From the NCBI GenBank assembly GCA_964016885.1, contig OZ024740.1, positions 104,160,001-104,224,000 on the forward strand: a stretch of DNA of 64,000 nucleotides. The letters run 5' to 3'. Origin of the DNA: Eledone cirrhosa (lineage: Eukaryota). Made by a program: the position numbers and the translations under genes. Under the pieces are notes generated by a model that worked only from the letters and a program-made list of their open reading frames with translations, had not been told where the DNA came from and made no database searches. This document shows positions 1 through 12,249 of this stretch, in pieces. Each line of letters begins with the position of its first letter. Position 1 is the first letter of the stretch.

Positions 1-466
1 CCATGTCACCAGCATGACCACCTTACAGGGAGGACTGGGTACTTTTCATCGTGTCACCAAAATGACCAACTTACAAGGTGGACTGGGTACTTTTACATCT
101 TGTCATCAACAACTTCTGTAAAGTCATTGATTTGTGAGGATAAGCACAGGCATGCTCTTGACAATAGCAATACTAGTATGTACAAATATTGTAAATATTG
201 TTAGAGCATTTTCCCATAACATGTGTTGTTAACCTTGAAAATTGTTATGCATGTAAATAAACCATTGGAGTATCAAGGGAGTTGAAATTTTTAGGAACTG
301 TAGAAAATCTCAAACATGGAAAATAACTGTGAACACAGTTGATTGCTATAAATAATAGCTTAGAAAATAAGGTAAAATACCCCTATAGAAAGAAAAAGTG
401 TCTAGCAGCTGTTACAGAGAATCGAACTCTGTACCTCTCAAACCATAAATAATGGTTTTTTATTTA

Positions 467-1260
467 GGCACAAGGCCAGCAATTTTTTTTTTGGGGGGGG
501 AAGTCGATGAAATTGACCCCAGTGCATGACTGGTACCTTATTTTGTCGACCCCGTAAGGATGAAAAGCAAAGTTAACCTCGGCGGGATTTGAATTCAGAA
601 TGGCAAGGGCCGTAGCTCTATGCGTCAAAGCATGGCGTCCGACCCTCTACCGATACTGCCAATCCAAATAATTGTTTCTACTTTAGGCACAAGGCCAGCA
701 ATTACCCAGTGCGTTACTGGTACTTTATTTCATCGACCCCGTAAGGATGAAAGGCAAAGTCAACCTCGGCGGGATTTGAACTCAGATCGCAAAGGGACAT
801 AACTATGCTGGAAAGTATAACGTCCGACCCTCTACCGATACTGCCAATCCAAATAATGGTTTCTAATTTAGACACAAGGTCAACATTTTTGAGAAGAAGG
901 GGAAAGTTGGTTATACAGACCCCAGTAATTTATTTTATTGACCCTGGAAAGAGGAAAGGTAAAGCTGACCATGGCAGGATTTGAAACTAAAATATTGAGG
1001 TCCTGAAAGACATTTCATCTGACATACTTATGATTCTGCTAATACACTGCCCTTGATAATACTAATAATGAATTCTAGCTTAAGTATAAAGTCCAAAATG
1101 TTTTAGTAGAGAGGGTAAAATTGATTTGATAAACCTAAGTGCTTGACTGATACATTATTTTATCAACTCCAAAAGGATGAAAAGCTAAGTCAACATTGGT
1201 GTGATTTGAACTCAGACCATAAAACATGTAACTTATTACCACTGATTCTATTATTCACTG
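467..1260 (-). mobile_element. Cluster of ~4 tandem tRNA-derived SINE copies, progressively decayed
   Basis: Minus strand reads ggattggcagtatcggtagag (A-box) ... gagttcaaatcccgccgagg (B-box), then the conserved body ctttcatccttacggggtcga..aaataa.gtaccagt. The same unit recurs at 53570 and 58585. Confidence 0.8.
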
Positions 1261-2919
1261 TTATCATAGTAAAAACAAAAAGATAAAAATGGTTTCTAAT
1301 ACAGGCACAAGACCATTATATTGGTCTGTAAGATTGTCTCTATTACTTAGAGCATTGGTCAAAATGCTATGTGGTATTTAGTTGGCCCATTACATTCTGA
1401 GTTCAAATCCCTCTGAGGCCAACTTTACCTTTCATCTTTCAATGATCAATAAAATAAAATACCAGTCAAGTACTGGAGTTGATTGAATAGACTTTCCCAT
1501 TGAACCAAATTTGCTGGCCTAAATTAGAAACCATTACTTAACTAATACTTATTTTATCGACTGTGTAATGATGAAAAGCATGATAGACCCCCATGGGGGT
1601 GAACTGAGAATACAAAGAGTCATAAATAAATACTGCTAATTCAACTAATTCGGTCAATCAACCACCAATATCCTGCCAACTTGTCAGGAAGTAAACTGAA
1701 GTGAAAGCCAATTAGAAACTAATATGAAACTGTTGAAAATGATATTGATATGAAGATGTATGCAGTAAACTGATACATCCTCATATATATACAAGAGATT
1801 TCCTTATGAGTTCCAAATTCATTGACAAGGTATTGATCAGCCCAAGCCTAAAGTAAAAGACACTGGCCCAAGGTGACATACAGTGGAATGAGACTTAAAA
1901 CCACATGGTTGTGAAGTGAACTTTTTAACAACTCTGCCATGCCTGCACCTTATAAGACAAAAATTAAAAAGATATATATTAAATTTATATATTGCAAAGA
2001 AAGAAAATACAAATTTAACTAAATTTACAATACAGATAAGATGCTTTGAAACAAGCAACACGAAGCCACTGTAAAGTTTTATATAGAAGTACAAATTTAA
2101 GAGTGTTTATGATTGGGTGGAGTGTATATTTATGCCACAAGATATATAAATTGAACACAAAATTGAAATATATATTTGATCAGTAAACCATACTCTTAAG
2201 AATGAAAACCAAGCCATGGGCCTATATGGCCAAGCTCCTGAGAATATAATCATCAAAATAGTTTAAAATTTTTCAAACTACAACAGATACAGGCATGTCT
2301 GCATAGTTAAAGTGTTTGCTTCACAATCACATGGTTTGGGGTTCAGTCGCATTGCATGGTATCTTAGGCATGTGTCTACTATAGCCTCTGGTTGACCAAA
2401 GTATTGTGATTAAATTGTAGTAAATGGAAACTGCAGAAACCCATCATAAATATATATTTATGTACACACACATACATGTATGTATTTAGACACACACACA
2501 TGCACATATATACATAGGCTGTATTAGAAGACACACATTCAAGGAGCAGTGTAGTGGAATGGAACCTCAAACAGTAAAATTAATTAAATTTTATATACAC
2601 AAATAAACAGGAAAATATTTCAGGACATTCTTAAATTGAAGGATATGTTTTCGTTCTCTCCTAATCTTTCTAAGAAAATATATACCACATATACTTGAAT
2701 ATAAGCTGAGGAATATGTTACCAAAAAATCGAAGGTTAGAAGCAGGGCTGACTTATATTTAAGTATACTCGGTATATAGTAATATATATATATATATAAA
2801 TGTCATTCCCCACTCCCCCACTCTCAAAAGCGTGAACCTAATAAACTCATATTTGTACTGCCTCTCTGTTTTGTTCCTGTCTAAGATTTAACTATATATA
2901 TATATATATCATCAAATAA

Positions 2920-3257
2920 ATCATCATCATTTTTTTACGTCCGCTTTTCCCTACTTGCAAGGGTGGGATGGGAACTGATTCTGGCTTGATTTCTACAGCT
3001 GGATGCCCTTTCTAACACCAACCTCATTTACAGTGAGTGCTGGGTGGTGCTTTTTTGCCACGGCACCTCCACGACCACTTTGCAGTGGGGTCCCTATCAT
3101 TCCACTGCAAAGTGGTCGTCATTTCTACAGAGGAGTAAACTGGAGCAATGTGAAATAAAGTGTCTTGCTCAAGGAAACAACACATCACCAGGTCTGAGAA
3201 TTGAACTCACAACCTTTTGATTGCAAGGCCAATGCTCTAACCACTAAGCCATGTGCC
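2920..3257 (-). mobile_element. tRNA-derived SINE with RTE-LINE-type 3' tail
   Basis: Minus strand has tggcttagtggttagagc (A-box), gagttcaattc (B-box), a ccttgagcaagacactt core, and the tail gttagaaagggcatccagctgtagaaa...(GAT)n shared with the RTE 3' end at 10710-10863. Sister copy at 11003-11351. Confidence 0.8.
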
Positions 3258-3261
3258 TATA

Positions 3262-3349
<88 letters not shown>

Positions 3350-3550
3350 CACGTACATACATATATGTATACAGACGTACAGTAGTATGTATATATATAT
3401 ATATATACATACATGCACACATATATATATGAACGTATGGATTCACCGAACATTTATTATAATGCTCGGTGTGTTTGTAAACAAACATCCCATATTAAGC
3501 CGTAGTGTCTAGCAACCATTGTTGCTCGTTTGTTCAACACTGACAAAGGA

Positions 3551-3593
3551 ACGCTGTACTAGTTTCAAGCTTACTAGCTATCGTCAGCAACGT
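3551..3593 (-). ncRNA. Minimal type-I hammerhead ribozyme
   Basis: Reverse complement: acgttg CTGACGA t-agct-agta-agct-t GAAA c-ta-g TA cagcgt. Stem I is acgttg/cagcgt, the core is intact, and the cleavage triplet is GUA. Confidence 0.8.
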
Positions 3594-3811
3594 ATACCTT
3601 CCTGCCAGATTGTTGAACGTATATACTTACTTTATGCATATTAACGGCTGAGTAGCCCAATTTGCATATCGAGTGGGTTAATCGGCCGGGTGCACCGAAA
3701 ACGATAAACGGAAAAAATGAAACTATATTTCATTTCCCACTCTTAGTACGGCTGTTACTTAAATATAAGTATATACACGTACATACATATATGTATACAG
3801 ACGTACAGTAG

Positions 3812-3849
<38 letters not shown>

Positions 3850-4213
3850 CATGCACACATATATATATGTACGTATGTACGTACCCTGGCCGATTAACTC
3901 ACTCGATATGCAAATTAGGCTGCTCAGCCGTTAATATGCATAAGGAAAGTATATACTTTCAGACGTTCAACTATCTGGCAGGAAGGTATATATATATATA
4001 TATATATGTATGTACACGTACATACATATATGTATACAGACGTACAGTAGTATGTATATATATATATATACATACATGCACACATATATATATGTACGTA
4101 TGGATTCACCGAACATTTATGATAATGCTCGGTGTGATTGTAAACAAACATCTCGTATTAAGCCGTAGTGTCTAGCAACCATCATTGCTCGTTTGTTCAA
4201 CACTGACAAAGGA

Positions 4214-4256
4214 ACGCTGTACTAGTTTCAAGCTTACTAGCTATCGTCAGCAACGT
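4214..4256 (-). ncRNA. Minimal type-I hammerhead ribozyme (second copy)
   Basis: Identical to 3551-3593. Confidence 0.8.
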
Positions 4257-4480
4257 ATACCTTCCTGCCAGATGGTTGAACGTCTGAAAGTATATACTTT
4301 CCTTATGCATATTAACGACTGAGCAGACTAATTTGCTTATCGAGTGAGTTAATCGGCCGGGGTACGAAAACGATAAACGGAAAAAATGAAACGAAATTTC
4401 ATTTCTCACTCTTAGTACGGCTGTTACTTAATTATAAGTATGTATACGTACATACATATATGTATACAGACGTACAGTAG

Positions 4481-4515
<35 letters not shown>

Positions 4516-4654
4516 GCACACATATATATATATGTACGTATGTACGTACCCTGGCCGATTAACTCACTCGATATGCAAATTAGGCTGCTCAGCCGTTAAT
4601 ATGCATAAGGAAAGTATATACTTTCAGACGTTCAACTATCTGGCAGGAAGGTAT

Positions 4655-4697
4655 ACGTCGCTGACGATAGCTAATAAGCTTGAAACTAGCACAGCGT
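4655..4697 (+). ncRNA. Hammerhead ribozyme, third copy, probably inactivated
   Basis: acgtcg CTGACGA tagctaataagctt GAAA ctag CA cagcgt. The cleavage triplet is changed from GUA to GCA. Confidence 0.65.
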
Positions 4698-6406
4698 TCC
4701 TTTGTCAGTGTTGAACAAATGAGCAACGATGGTTGCTAGACACTACGGCTTAATTCGGGATGTTTGTTTACAAACACACCGAGCATTATAATAAATGTTC
4801 GGTGAATCCATACGTACATATATATATGTGTGCATGTATGTATATATATATACATACTACTGTACGTCTGTATACATATATGTATGTACGTATACATACT
4901 TATATTTAAGTAACAGCCGTACTAAGAGTGAGAAATGAAATTTTGTTTCATTTTTTCCGTTTATATATATATATATATATAATGTTACTATAAACCATAT
5001 ATAGTAATATAACCAACAATATTCTGTATCATAAAACATATTTCATTTGAATTAGATATAAGGTAAAATGTATAAAAATTTAATAAAAATTCATGGCACT
5101 ATTTAAAAATGAGATATTTCATTTCAGATGAAGTTAAGAATCTGAAGCTAATAAAGGTTATAATATATATAATTGTGCCAAGAGCAGCAGTGTTTTAAAT
5201 AAAAATATAACTTTTTTCCTAATATATGTAGTGATATATATCTAAGTAGCAAATAAACAGAGAAATGTACTAGTATTTATTTATTGAATTGATTATAACT
5301 ATGAAATATATATCATCATCATCACCCTCATCATTGTTGTCATTTAAAATCTACTTTTCCTGCTGGCAAGAGTTGAATGGGTTGTTAGCAGACCAGACTG
5401 GTATTCAAAGCAGAGGTACTGACCCCACGGTTGGCTGGGAGCTAACACCTTGCTTACATACGCTCCTGCATTCTATTAAGTGCTCAGGTGGGCTGGCAGC
5501 CTACAACCTGTTTACATATGATTCCATACACTACCATGTGCATTTTGTCATGACACACACACTAAGAAGGTTGTCATGTCTTTGACACAGATGAAAAGTC
5601 TTCTCAACCTTTGTTTGGCAAGTTTTCTATGGCAGGATGTCTTTCCTATGACCAACCACTTTACAGAGTGTACTGGGTGTTTTTATCAAGTAAATTATCA
5701 ACATAATGGAGGTTGTCATGTCTTTGACACAAGTGAAGAGTCCTTCTGACTCCTTATTTGATAGGTTTCCTATGGCCGAATATTCTTACTATCATCAAAC
5801 ATATTACGCAGTGCACTGGGTGCATTTAGGTAACTCACCAACACTAATGAGGTTAGCTGAAGTGTTCTCCCAACTCTTTTGGTTTTCCTTTCCTTGCAGT
5901 TAACTTCAATTTTGCATATTTAATGCAATTCTCCTTAAAATGCTTGGATACATTCAATAGATTTTTTATCCATGATTCTCAATCAATTGTATTAATACTA
6001 CATTTTTTTTCAGATCAGATTTATGACATTCCTTCTATCTTAGTTTTGTAAAGAAGTCTTTTGTTAGAACATCGTTCTCCATAGAGACTTATGTTCTGAA
6101 CATTTTTGAATTCTTTCCTCTTCCAAACAATCTATATTGCCTACCCACCTTAGACTGGATGTTGCAACAGAGCTTCTATGATTAAAATATTTGCTAACTA
6201 CATAACATCATCATCATTCACATAATCTTTCAAGCATACATGCAAGATTTGTTGAAGACGCTTTTACTGAAAACCTCCAAATGTTTTAAATAAAATATTC
6301 ATAGTTTTATGTATATGTGTGTGCTTGAATGTATGTGTGTGTGTGTCTGTGTGCGCATGTGGGTGATGGCTGAGAGAAAAGAATACTCAATACCAAAGTA
6401 GAGTTT

Positions 6407-6570
6407 TAATATTCATTTTATTAAAGCTAAATAGTGTGTCTTGTTATTCTGGTGTTTCACCTGTTTATCACAGTCATCAAACAAGAATGTTTTTGTCTGA
6501 TGACCCTGTGATAAACAGACAAAACTTCAGAGTAACAAGACTCACTATTTAGCCTTAATAAAATGAATAT
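6407..6570. repeat. Old fold-back (inverted repeat) made of two decayed hammerhead motifs
   Basis: Arms atattcattttattaaagctaaatagtgtgtcttgtta / taacaagactcactatttagccttaataaaatgaatat. Plus copy 6491-6540: ttttgt CTGATGA ccctgt-gataa-acagac (A)AAA ct-tcag-ag TA acaaga. Minus copy 6439-6486: (T)TGATGA..GAAA. Confidence 0.6.
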
Positions 6571-6577
6571 ATATATA

Positions 6578-7125
6578 TCATCATCATCATCATTGTTTAA
6601 CGTCTATCTTCCACGCTAGCATGGGTTAGACGGGAATTGTCTCACTTGAAGCAAAATTGGTTGGGTGACCGTGTTTCGCTTGTATAGGACTATCTGGCAG
6701 GTTTTCTACGGCTGGATGCCCTTCCTAACACCAACCACATTTACAGTGTGGACTCAGATCTTTTTACTATGTCACCTACACGACCACTTTACAGCATGGA
6801 CTGTGTGTTTTTTTTGTCATGACACCTACACAACCGCATTAGTTTGGACTGGATGTCGTGGTACCAACATAACTTTATAGAGAAAGGGTGGTGTTGGTGG
6901 GAGTGGAAGGATGGAGTAGGGGTAGTGGGTTGAGGTGTATATTTGGTTTGGAGGGGCCTACTGACTGTAAGTTAACTTTGCATGTAAGGAAAGCGGGTCT
7001 TCTATATTACTGCGTGGCGCCAAAGATCTCAATCCAGTGACATTGTCTTAGAGAGTTGTAAGTGTGCAAGGTCGGAATTTATCATGTCGTCCCAGGTTTT
7101 TCTGGGTCTACCTACTTAGTAACGT
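6578..7125 (-). mobile_element. RTE LINE 3' end/UTR fragment
   Basis: Reverse-complement similarity to 10360-10863 (acctagaaaaacctgggacgac..., aagggcatccagccgtagaaaacc, (GAT)n tail). Confidence 0.75.
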
Positions 7126-7187
7126 CCATCAATTTATATATATATATATACATATAAATATATATATATGTGTGCGTGTGTTACATG

Positions 7188-7985
7188 CAGAAGAATGGTT
7201 TGTGAGAACAGTGCAAACTATATACAGAGGAGCTGTCAATAAAGTGAGTGTAGGAGATGAGTTTAGTGAGGAATTCAAGGTACAGATAGTTCATCAAGGT
7301 TCAGGTCTTAGCCCGCTGCTGTTCATCATAGTTCTTCAGGCCATAACCAGAGGGTTTAAAATGGGCTGTCCATAGTAACTTCTCTATGCAGATGATTTGG
7401 TCCTTACAGTTGGACCCCCCCACAAAAAAAAAAAAAATTCCTATTATGGAAACAAAATTTGGAATCAAAACTAAAGTGATAGTGAGTAGGAGAGAAGACA
7501 GGGTCCAAATTCCCTCAGGAAAGCGGCCATGCTCAATATGAAGAAAAGAGCTAGGCATAAACTCCTACAATGTACACAATGTAAATTTTGGGTACACAAA
7601 TATGTAGTGGGATAATGAGTAGAATAACATGAAAGGAGAACTTTTTATGTAGAGAATACAAAGGAGAAATCATGAGGAAGAGTGCCAATGATACACACCT
7701 TTTCCAGTCACAGGAAGGATCCATAGACAGGGTTGATAGCTTCTGCTAATTAGGTGAATTAATTAGCAGCAGGGGAGGGTGCACCAAGAGTATAATAGCT
7801 AGAATAGGATGGAAGACGTTTAGAGAACAACTCCTACTGCAGATAAAAAAAAAGGTCTCTCCCTACATACAAAAGGAAGGCTGTATGATGCCTGTGTGTG
7901 GTGTGCGATGTTACATGGTAGTGAAACATGGGCTGTGACTGCTGAGGACATGCGTAGATTGGAAACAAATGAAGTAACCATGAGT
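7188..7985 (+). pseudogene. Decayed RTE reverse transcriptase fragment
   Basis: EWFVRTVQTIY...HQGSGLSPLLFIIVLQAIT...LYADD, and MLHGSETW, with stops and frameshifts. Confidence 0.85.
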
Positions 7986-7992
7986 GTAACAC

Positions 7993-10863
7993 CTAACTAT
8001 CTGTAACACTAACTTCAAAAAACGAGACGATCACCTGATCACCTATAGATCCGGGGAACACACAAGCCAGGTAGATTATATCCTTACCAGAAGACGTGAC
8101 AGAGTGTCTGTTGTAAACACTAAATCCCTCCCCCATGAAGAATGCACCTCCCAACATAGACTGATAATTAGCGACCTAATAGTCAGGACGAGACGTACTC
8201 GACAGCAGAAGAGGACTATCCTCAGGAGAAAAATATGGAAGCTAAAGGACCCCACAGCCAGAAATAAATTTCAAAGCATATTACTTGATGCTTTCGACAG
8301 TAAGGAAGAGCATTTAGAGTCGGACAATATAGAGGGACAGTGGGAATTTCTGAAAGCAAACCTGCTGATGGCGACAGACGAAGTCTGTGGCTGGAGCAGG
8401 CCTGTTGGCAGGAGGAGAGTAACATGGTGGTGGAACAGTAAGGTGGAGGGGTTAATTAAGGCCAAAAAGCAGTTTGGAAAGTATGGCGGGATGGGGGAAG
8501 TAGAGAAGACTATCAAGTGGCCAGGAGGGAAGCTAGGAGACAAGTGTACTTCGCAAGAAGGGAAGCAGAGGAAAGAAAGTTCAAGCATGTTCTACAACGC
8601 GAGGACCAAAAACGTGAGGTGTTCAGGATTGCTAGGCAATGTGTCAAGGAAAACCGTGATATTGTCGGGGAGAAGTGTGTACTCAATGATGACGCGTACT
8701 TGCCATCACCGACGCTGATAAGAAGGTAGCTTGGAAGTGTCACTATGAAAGGCTACTAAATGAGGAGAATAAATGGGAGAAAGACAGTCTCCCCCCACAT
8801 CGACCCAATAGAGGGACCAGCAGTGTTAGTCGAGGGTAGTATAATAAGTAAGGCAATCAAGGATATGAAGACGGGTAAGGCGGCTGGGCCTTCGGAAATA
8901 GTTGCTGAGATGCTGAAGGCATCTGGCACGGTGGGACACACCATGGTCACCCGGATAGTTAACCAAGTCGTACAGAATGGGGTTGTTCCGAAGGACTGGC
9001 ATAGCAGCATCATCGTTAACTGTTATAAGGGTAAAGGAGATGCCCTAGATAGGAGTAACTATAGAGGCATTACATTAATAGACCAGGTCATGAAGGTCAC
9101 GGAAAAAGTAATAGCGCAACTAATCAGAGAGAGAATTGACCTAGATGAAATGCAGTTCGGGTTTGTGTCAGGCAAAAGTACCACAGACGCTCTTTTCATT
9201 GTACGTCAACTACAGGAGAAGTACCTAGATAAAGGTAAACTCCTCTACTTAGCTTTTGTCGACTTGGAGAAAGCCTTCGACAGAGTCCCCCGTTCCATTA
9301 TCTGGTGGGCCCTTAGAAAATTAGGTGTCGACGAATGGCTTGTGAGAGCTATACAAGCCATGTATAAAGAAACGGTCAGCAAGGTTAGAATTAACAACGA
9401 ATATAGTGAAGAGTTTAGCGTACAAGTTGGCGTCCATCAGGGCTCTGTTCTCAGCCCCCTACTATTTATTATTGCCCTTCAGGCTATAACAGAGGAGTTC
9501 AAGACCGGCTGCCCATGGGAACTCCTATACGCAGACGACCTGACACTCATAGCTGAATCAATGGCCGAGCTAGAGAAGAAATTCCAAACATGGAAGCACG
9601 GCCTAGAATCAAAAGGCCTTAAAATTAACCTGGCTAAGACTAAAGTTCTAGTTTGTAGGAAAGAAAATAAGGCGGCGGTCCCTTCCGGGAAATGGCCATG
9701 CTCAATGTGTAGGAAAGGCGTAGGTAGAAACTCCATTTTATGTCCCAAATGCAAAGTATGGGTGCATAAAAGATGTGGGATCACAGGTAAGCTAACTAAG
9801 AACATAGATTTTACATGTGGGCGGTGCTCTGGTGCAATAAGTAGCAGCAAGTGCCCACAAAATACTAGCTCTTACAACTGCGCAGAGGGCTCTATAGAAA
9901 TAGTGGACAGCTTCCGTTACCTGGATGACAAAATCAGCAGTGGGGGAGGGTGCTCTGAAAGTACAGTAGCTAGAGTCAGAACTGGATGGAAAAAGTTCAG
10001 AAAGCTTATACCACTATTAGCCGCTAAAGGGTTCTCCCTAAAAATGAAAGGCAGGTTGTATGATGCCTGCATACGAACAGCAATGTTGCATGGCAGTGAG
10101 ACCTGGGCATTGTGTGCAGAGGATATACGCAGACTAGAGAGGAACGAAGCTTTCATACTCCGCTGGATGTGTAATAGTAATATACGTGAACGCCAAAGCA
10201 TAAACGAACTAAGGAAAAAATTAGAAATAAGAGGGATCAGATGTTGTTTACTCGAGAGAAGGCTACGTTGGTATGGACACGTGATGCGCATGAAAGTCGA
10301 TAGCTGTATAACAAAGTGCAGGGCAATAAAGATAGAGGGTAGCCACGGAATAGGCAGACCTAGAAAAACCTGGGACGAGCTGATAAACTCCGACCTCACA
10401 CACTTACACCTCTCCAAGACAATGTCACTGGACCGAGACCTTTGGTGGTACTCAGTAATAGAGAAGACCCGCCTTACCTAAATACATAGTAAAACCTACT
10501 ACAGTCAGTAGGCATCTCTAACAAAATACACCACCCCCACCCCATCCACACCACCCCCTCCTATGTAAAGTTATGTTGGTGCCACACCATCCAGGCCGAA
10601 ATAAATGACATCGTGTTGGTGTCACGACAAAAAAACACACAGTCCACGCTGTAATGTGGCCGTTAGGCAACACGGTAAAAACCTCCCAGACCCACACTGT
10701 AAATGTGGTTGGTGTTAGGAAGGGCATCCAACTGTAGAAAACCTGCCAGACAGTCCTATGCGAGCAAGACAATCACTCTTGCCTCAAGTGGGAATACCCC
10801 CGTCCAAACCCATGCAAGCGTGGAACACGGACGTTAAACGTTGATGATGATGATGATGATGAT
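7993..10863 (+). mobile_element. 5'-truncated RTE-clade LINE (APE C-terminus, RT, PHD-like finger, 3'UTR, (GAT)n tail)
   Basis: APE motif SQVDYIL..SQHRL, linker TWWWN, frameshifts near 8470, 8705 and 8790, RT ORF ending at 10481, and tail gacgttaaacgtt(gat)n. Confidence 0.92.
8760..10481 (+). CDS. RTE reverse transcriptase (open remnant ORF, 573 aa)
   Basis: NYRGITL, QFGF, AFVDLEKAFDRVP, GVHQGSVLSPLLF, LYADD (9528-9539), LRWYGHVMR, GRPRKTW. Confidence 0.9.
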   Translation: MRRINGRKTVSPHIDPIEGPAVLVEGSIISKAIKDMKTGKAAGPSEIVAEMLKASGTVGHTMVTRIVNQVVQNGVVPKDWHSSIIVNCYKGKGDALDRSNYRGITLIDQVMKVTEKVIAQLIRERIDLDEMQFGFVSGKSTTDALFIVRQLQEKYLDKGKLLYLAFVDLEKAFDRVPRSIIWWALRKLGVDEWLVRAIQAMYKETVSKVRINNEYSEEFSVQVGVHQGSVLSPLLFIIALQAITEEFKTGCPWELLYADDLTLIAESMAELEKKFQTWKHGLESKGLKINLAKTKVLVCRKENKAAVPSGKWPCSMCRKGVGRNSILCPKCKVWVHKRCGITGKLTKNIDFTCGRCSGAISSSKCPQNTSSYNCAEGSIEIVDSFRYLDDKISSGGGCSESTVARVRTGWKKFRKLIPLLAAKGFSLKMKGRLYDACIRTAMLHGSETWALCAEDIRRLERNEAFILRWMCNSNIRERQSINELRKKLEIRGIRCCLLERRLRWYGHVMRMKVDSCITKCRAIKIEGSHGIGRPRKTWDELINSDLTHLHLSKTMSLDRDLWWYSVIEKTRLT

Positions 10864-10881
10864 ATACAATTATATATACAC

Positions 10882-10945
<64 letters not shown>

Positions 10946-11002
10946 GGACGTAAAATGAAATGATGAAATGATGAAATGATATATATATATATATATATAT
11001 AT

Positions 11003-11351
11003 ATCATTTCATCATTTCATCATTTCATTTTACGTCCACTTTTTCCCTGCTTGCAAGGGTGGGACGGGAACTGATTCTGGCTTGATTTCTACAGCTGGAT
11101 GCCCTTCCTAACACCAACCTCATTTACAGTGAGTGCTGGGTGCTTTTTTGCCATGGCACCTTTACGACCACTTTGCAGTGGAATGATATGGACCCCAGTC
11201 CCTATCATCTCATTTCTACAGCTGAGTAAACTGGAGCAATGTGAAATAAAGTGTCTTGCTCAAGGAAACAACACATCACCCGGTCTGAGAATTGAACTCA
11301 CAACCTTTCGATTGCAAGGTCAATGCTCTAACCACTAGGCCATGTGCCTCC
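11003..11351 (-). mobile_element. Full-length tRNA-derived SINE with RTE-like tail
   Basis: Reverse complement begins ggaggcacatggcctagtggttagagc...gagttcaattc and ends gtggacgtaaaatgaaatgat. Highly similar to 2920-3257. Confidence 0.85.
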
Positions 11352-11365
11352 ATTATATATATATA

Positions 11366-12121
11366 TACTATAAAGTATGTCCATAGAATCATTTGTTAAT
11401 ATATATACACCATTTCCTCTCCCAATTAGCATAATTAACCACACAAAAATCAATTAGGCCAGGCTATAAGATTAAAAGGCACCTATGAAGAAATATTAAA
11501 TAAATAAACGACAGCAATCTCTTCGCGGCCAACCGCCATAGAATATTTACCCAACATTTCAACAGCACGGGGAAATCGATTAAATATACGGTCAACCATA
11601 CACAATTAGGTATAAAATTAAAGTTAGAAATGCTTATATACATACCAGGATTGTGTCCCTACTCTTGGGTTCGTTCGCATTTTGAGATATCCTATTAAGG
11701 ATAAAATCTCGAGCTTCGAACTCATCAGGAGACAAACTCGCTAGGACAGATTATTTTCTAAAGTGGTCCCCGCCAAACACGAATTCAAAATGGCTAAGAA
11801 TTGTGACGTGGCAATGGTCAAGTCAGAAAGAATGTGATTGGTTGCTTACAGCGAGTGGGTTGGTTGCTAGAAAGCGCAGCCCAATATTACCCAAATTGCA
11901 TCTCAACCTTATGGGAGATTATTAAATGTGTAAATCTTTATATTTAATAATATAAAGATTTACATATACACCAACTAAACAAAGTCATAGATATATATGT
12001 GTTTTGGCAACTATTCACGATGTGGCTCAATGAAGAATTAATAAATTAAATAATCAGAGCAATATACTATAAAGTATGTCCATAGAATCATTTGATAATA
12101 TATATACACCATTTCCTCTCC
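11366..12121 (-). mobile_element. ~700-bp hammerhead-bearing mini-element with ~58-bp terminal direct repeat, in (TA)n
   Basis: tatactataaagtatgtccatagaatc...ttcctctccc occurs at both ~11365 and ~12063. Internal hammerhead at 11654-11734. Homologous fragment at 35471-35762. Confidence 0.7.
11654..11734 (-). ncRNA. Type-I hammerhead with extended stem II (GAAA mutated)
   Basis: Reverse complement: tgtctc CTGATGA gttcg..gagat..atcct-taat-aggat-atctc..cgaac GAAc ccaagag TA gggaca. Stem I is tgtctc/gggaca. Confidence 0.6.
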
Positions 12122-12249
12122 CTATATATATATATATACACACACACACAATATATATATATCATCATCACCGTTTAGCATTCATTTTCCACGCTAGCAT
12201 GGTTTGACGAATTCTCTTGTGAAAAATGCCAGGTCAGGTGATCATGTCA

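Larger units (their letters stand above)
3343..4962. mobile_element. Hammerhead-bearing ~430-bp mini-element arranged as partial tandem plus inverted copies in (TA)n
   Basis: 3343-3880 and 4008-4545 are direct copies. 3880-3990 (partial) and 4545-4962 are inverted copies. Each full monomer has one hammerhead, and the array is flanked by (TA)n. Confidence 0.8.

Noticed and set aside
5129-5157. Micro-exon after tttcag
   Set aside because: Weak donor site, only 29 bp, and no supporting homology.
11270-11351. tRNA gene
   Set aside because: A and B boxes are present, but it continues into a SINE body and tail and has no full cloverleaf.
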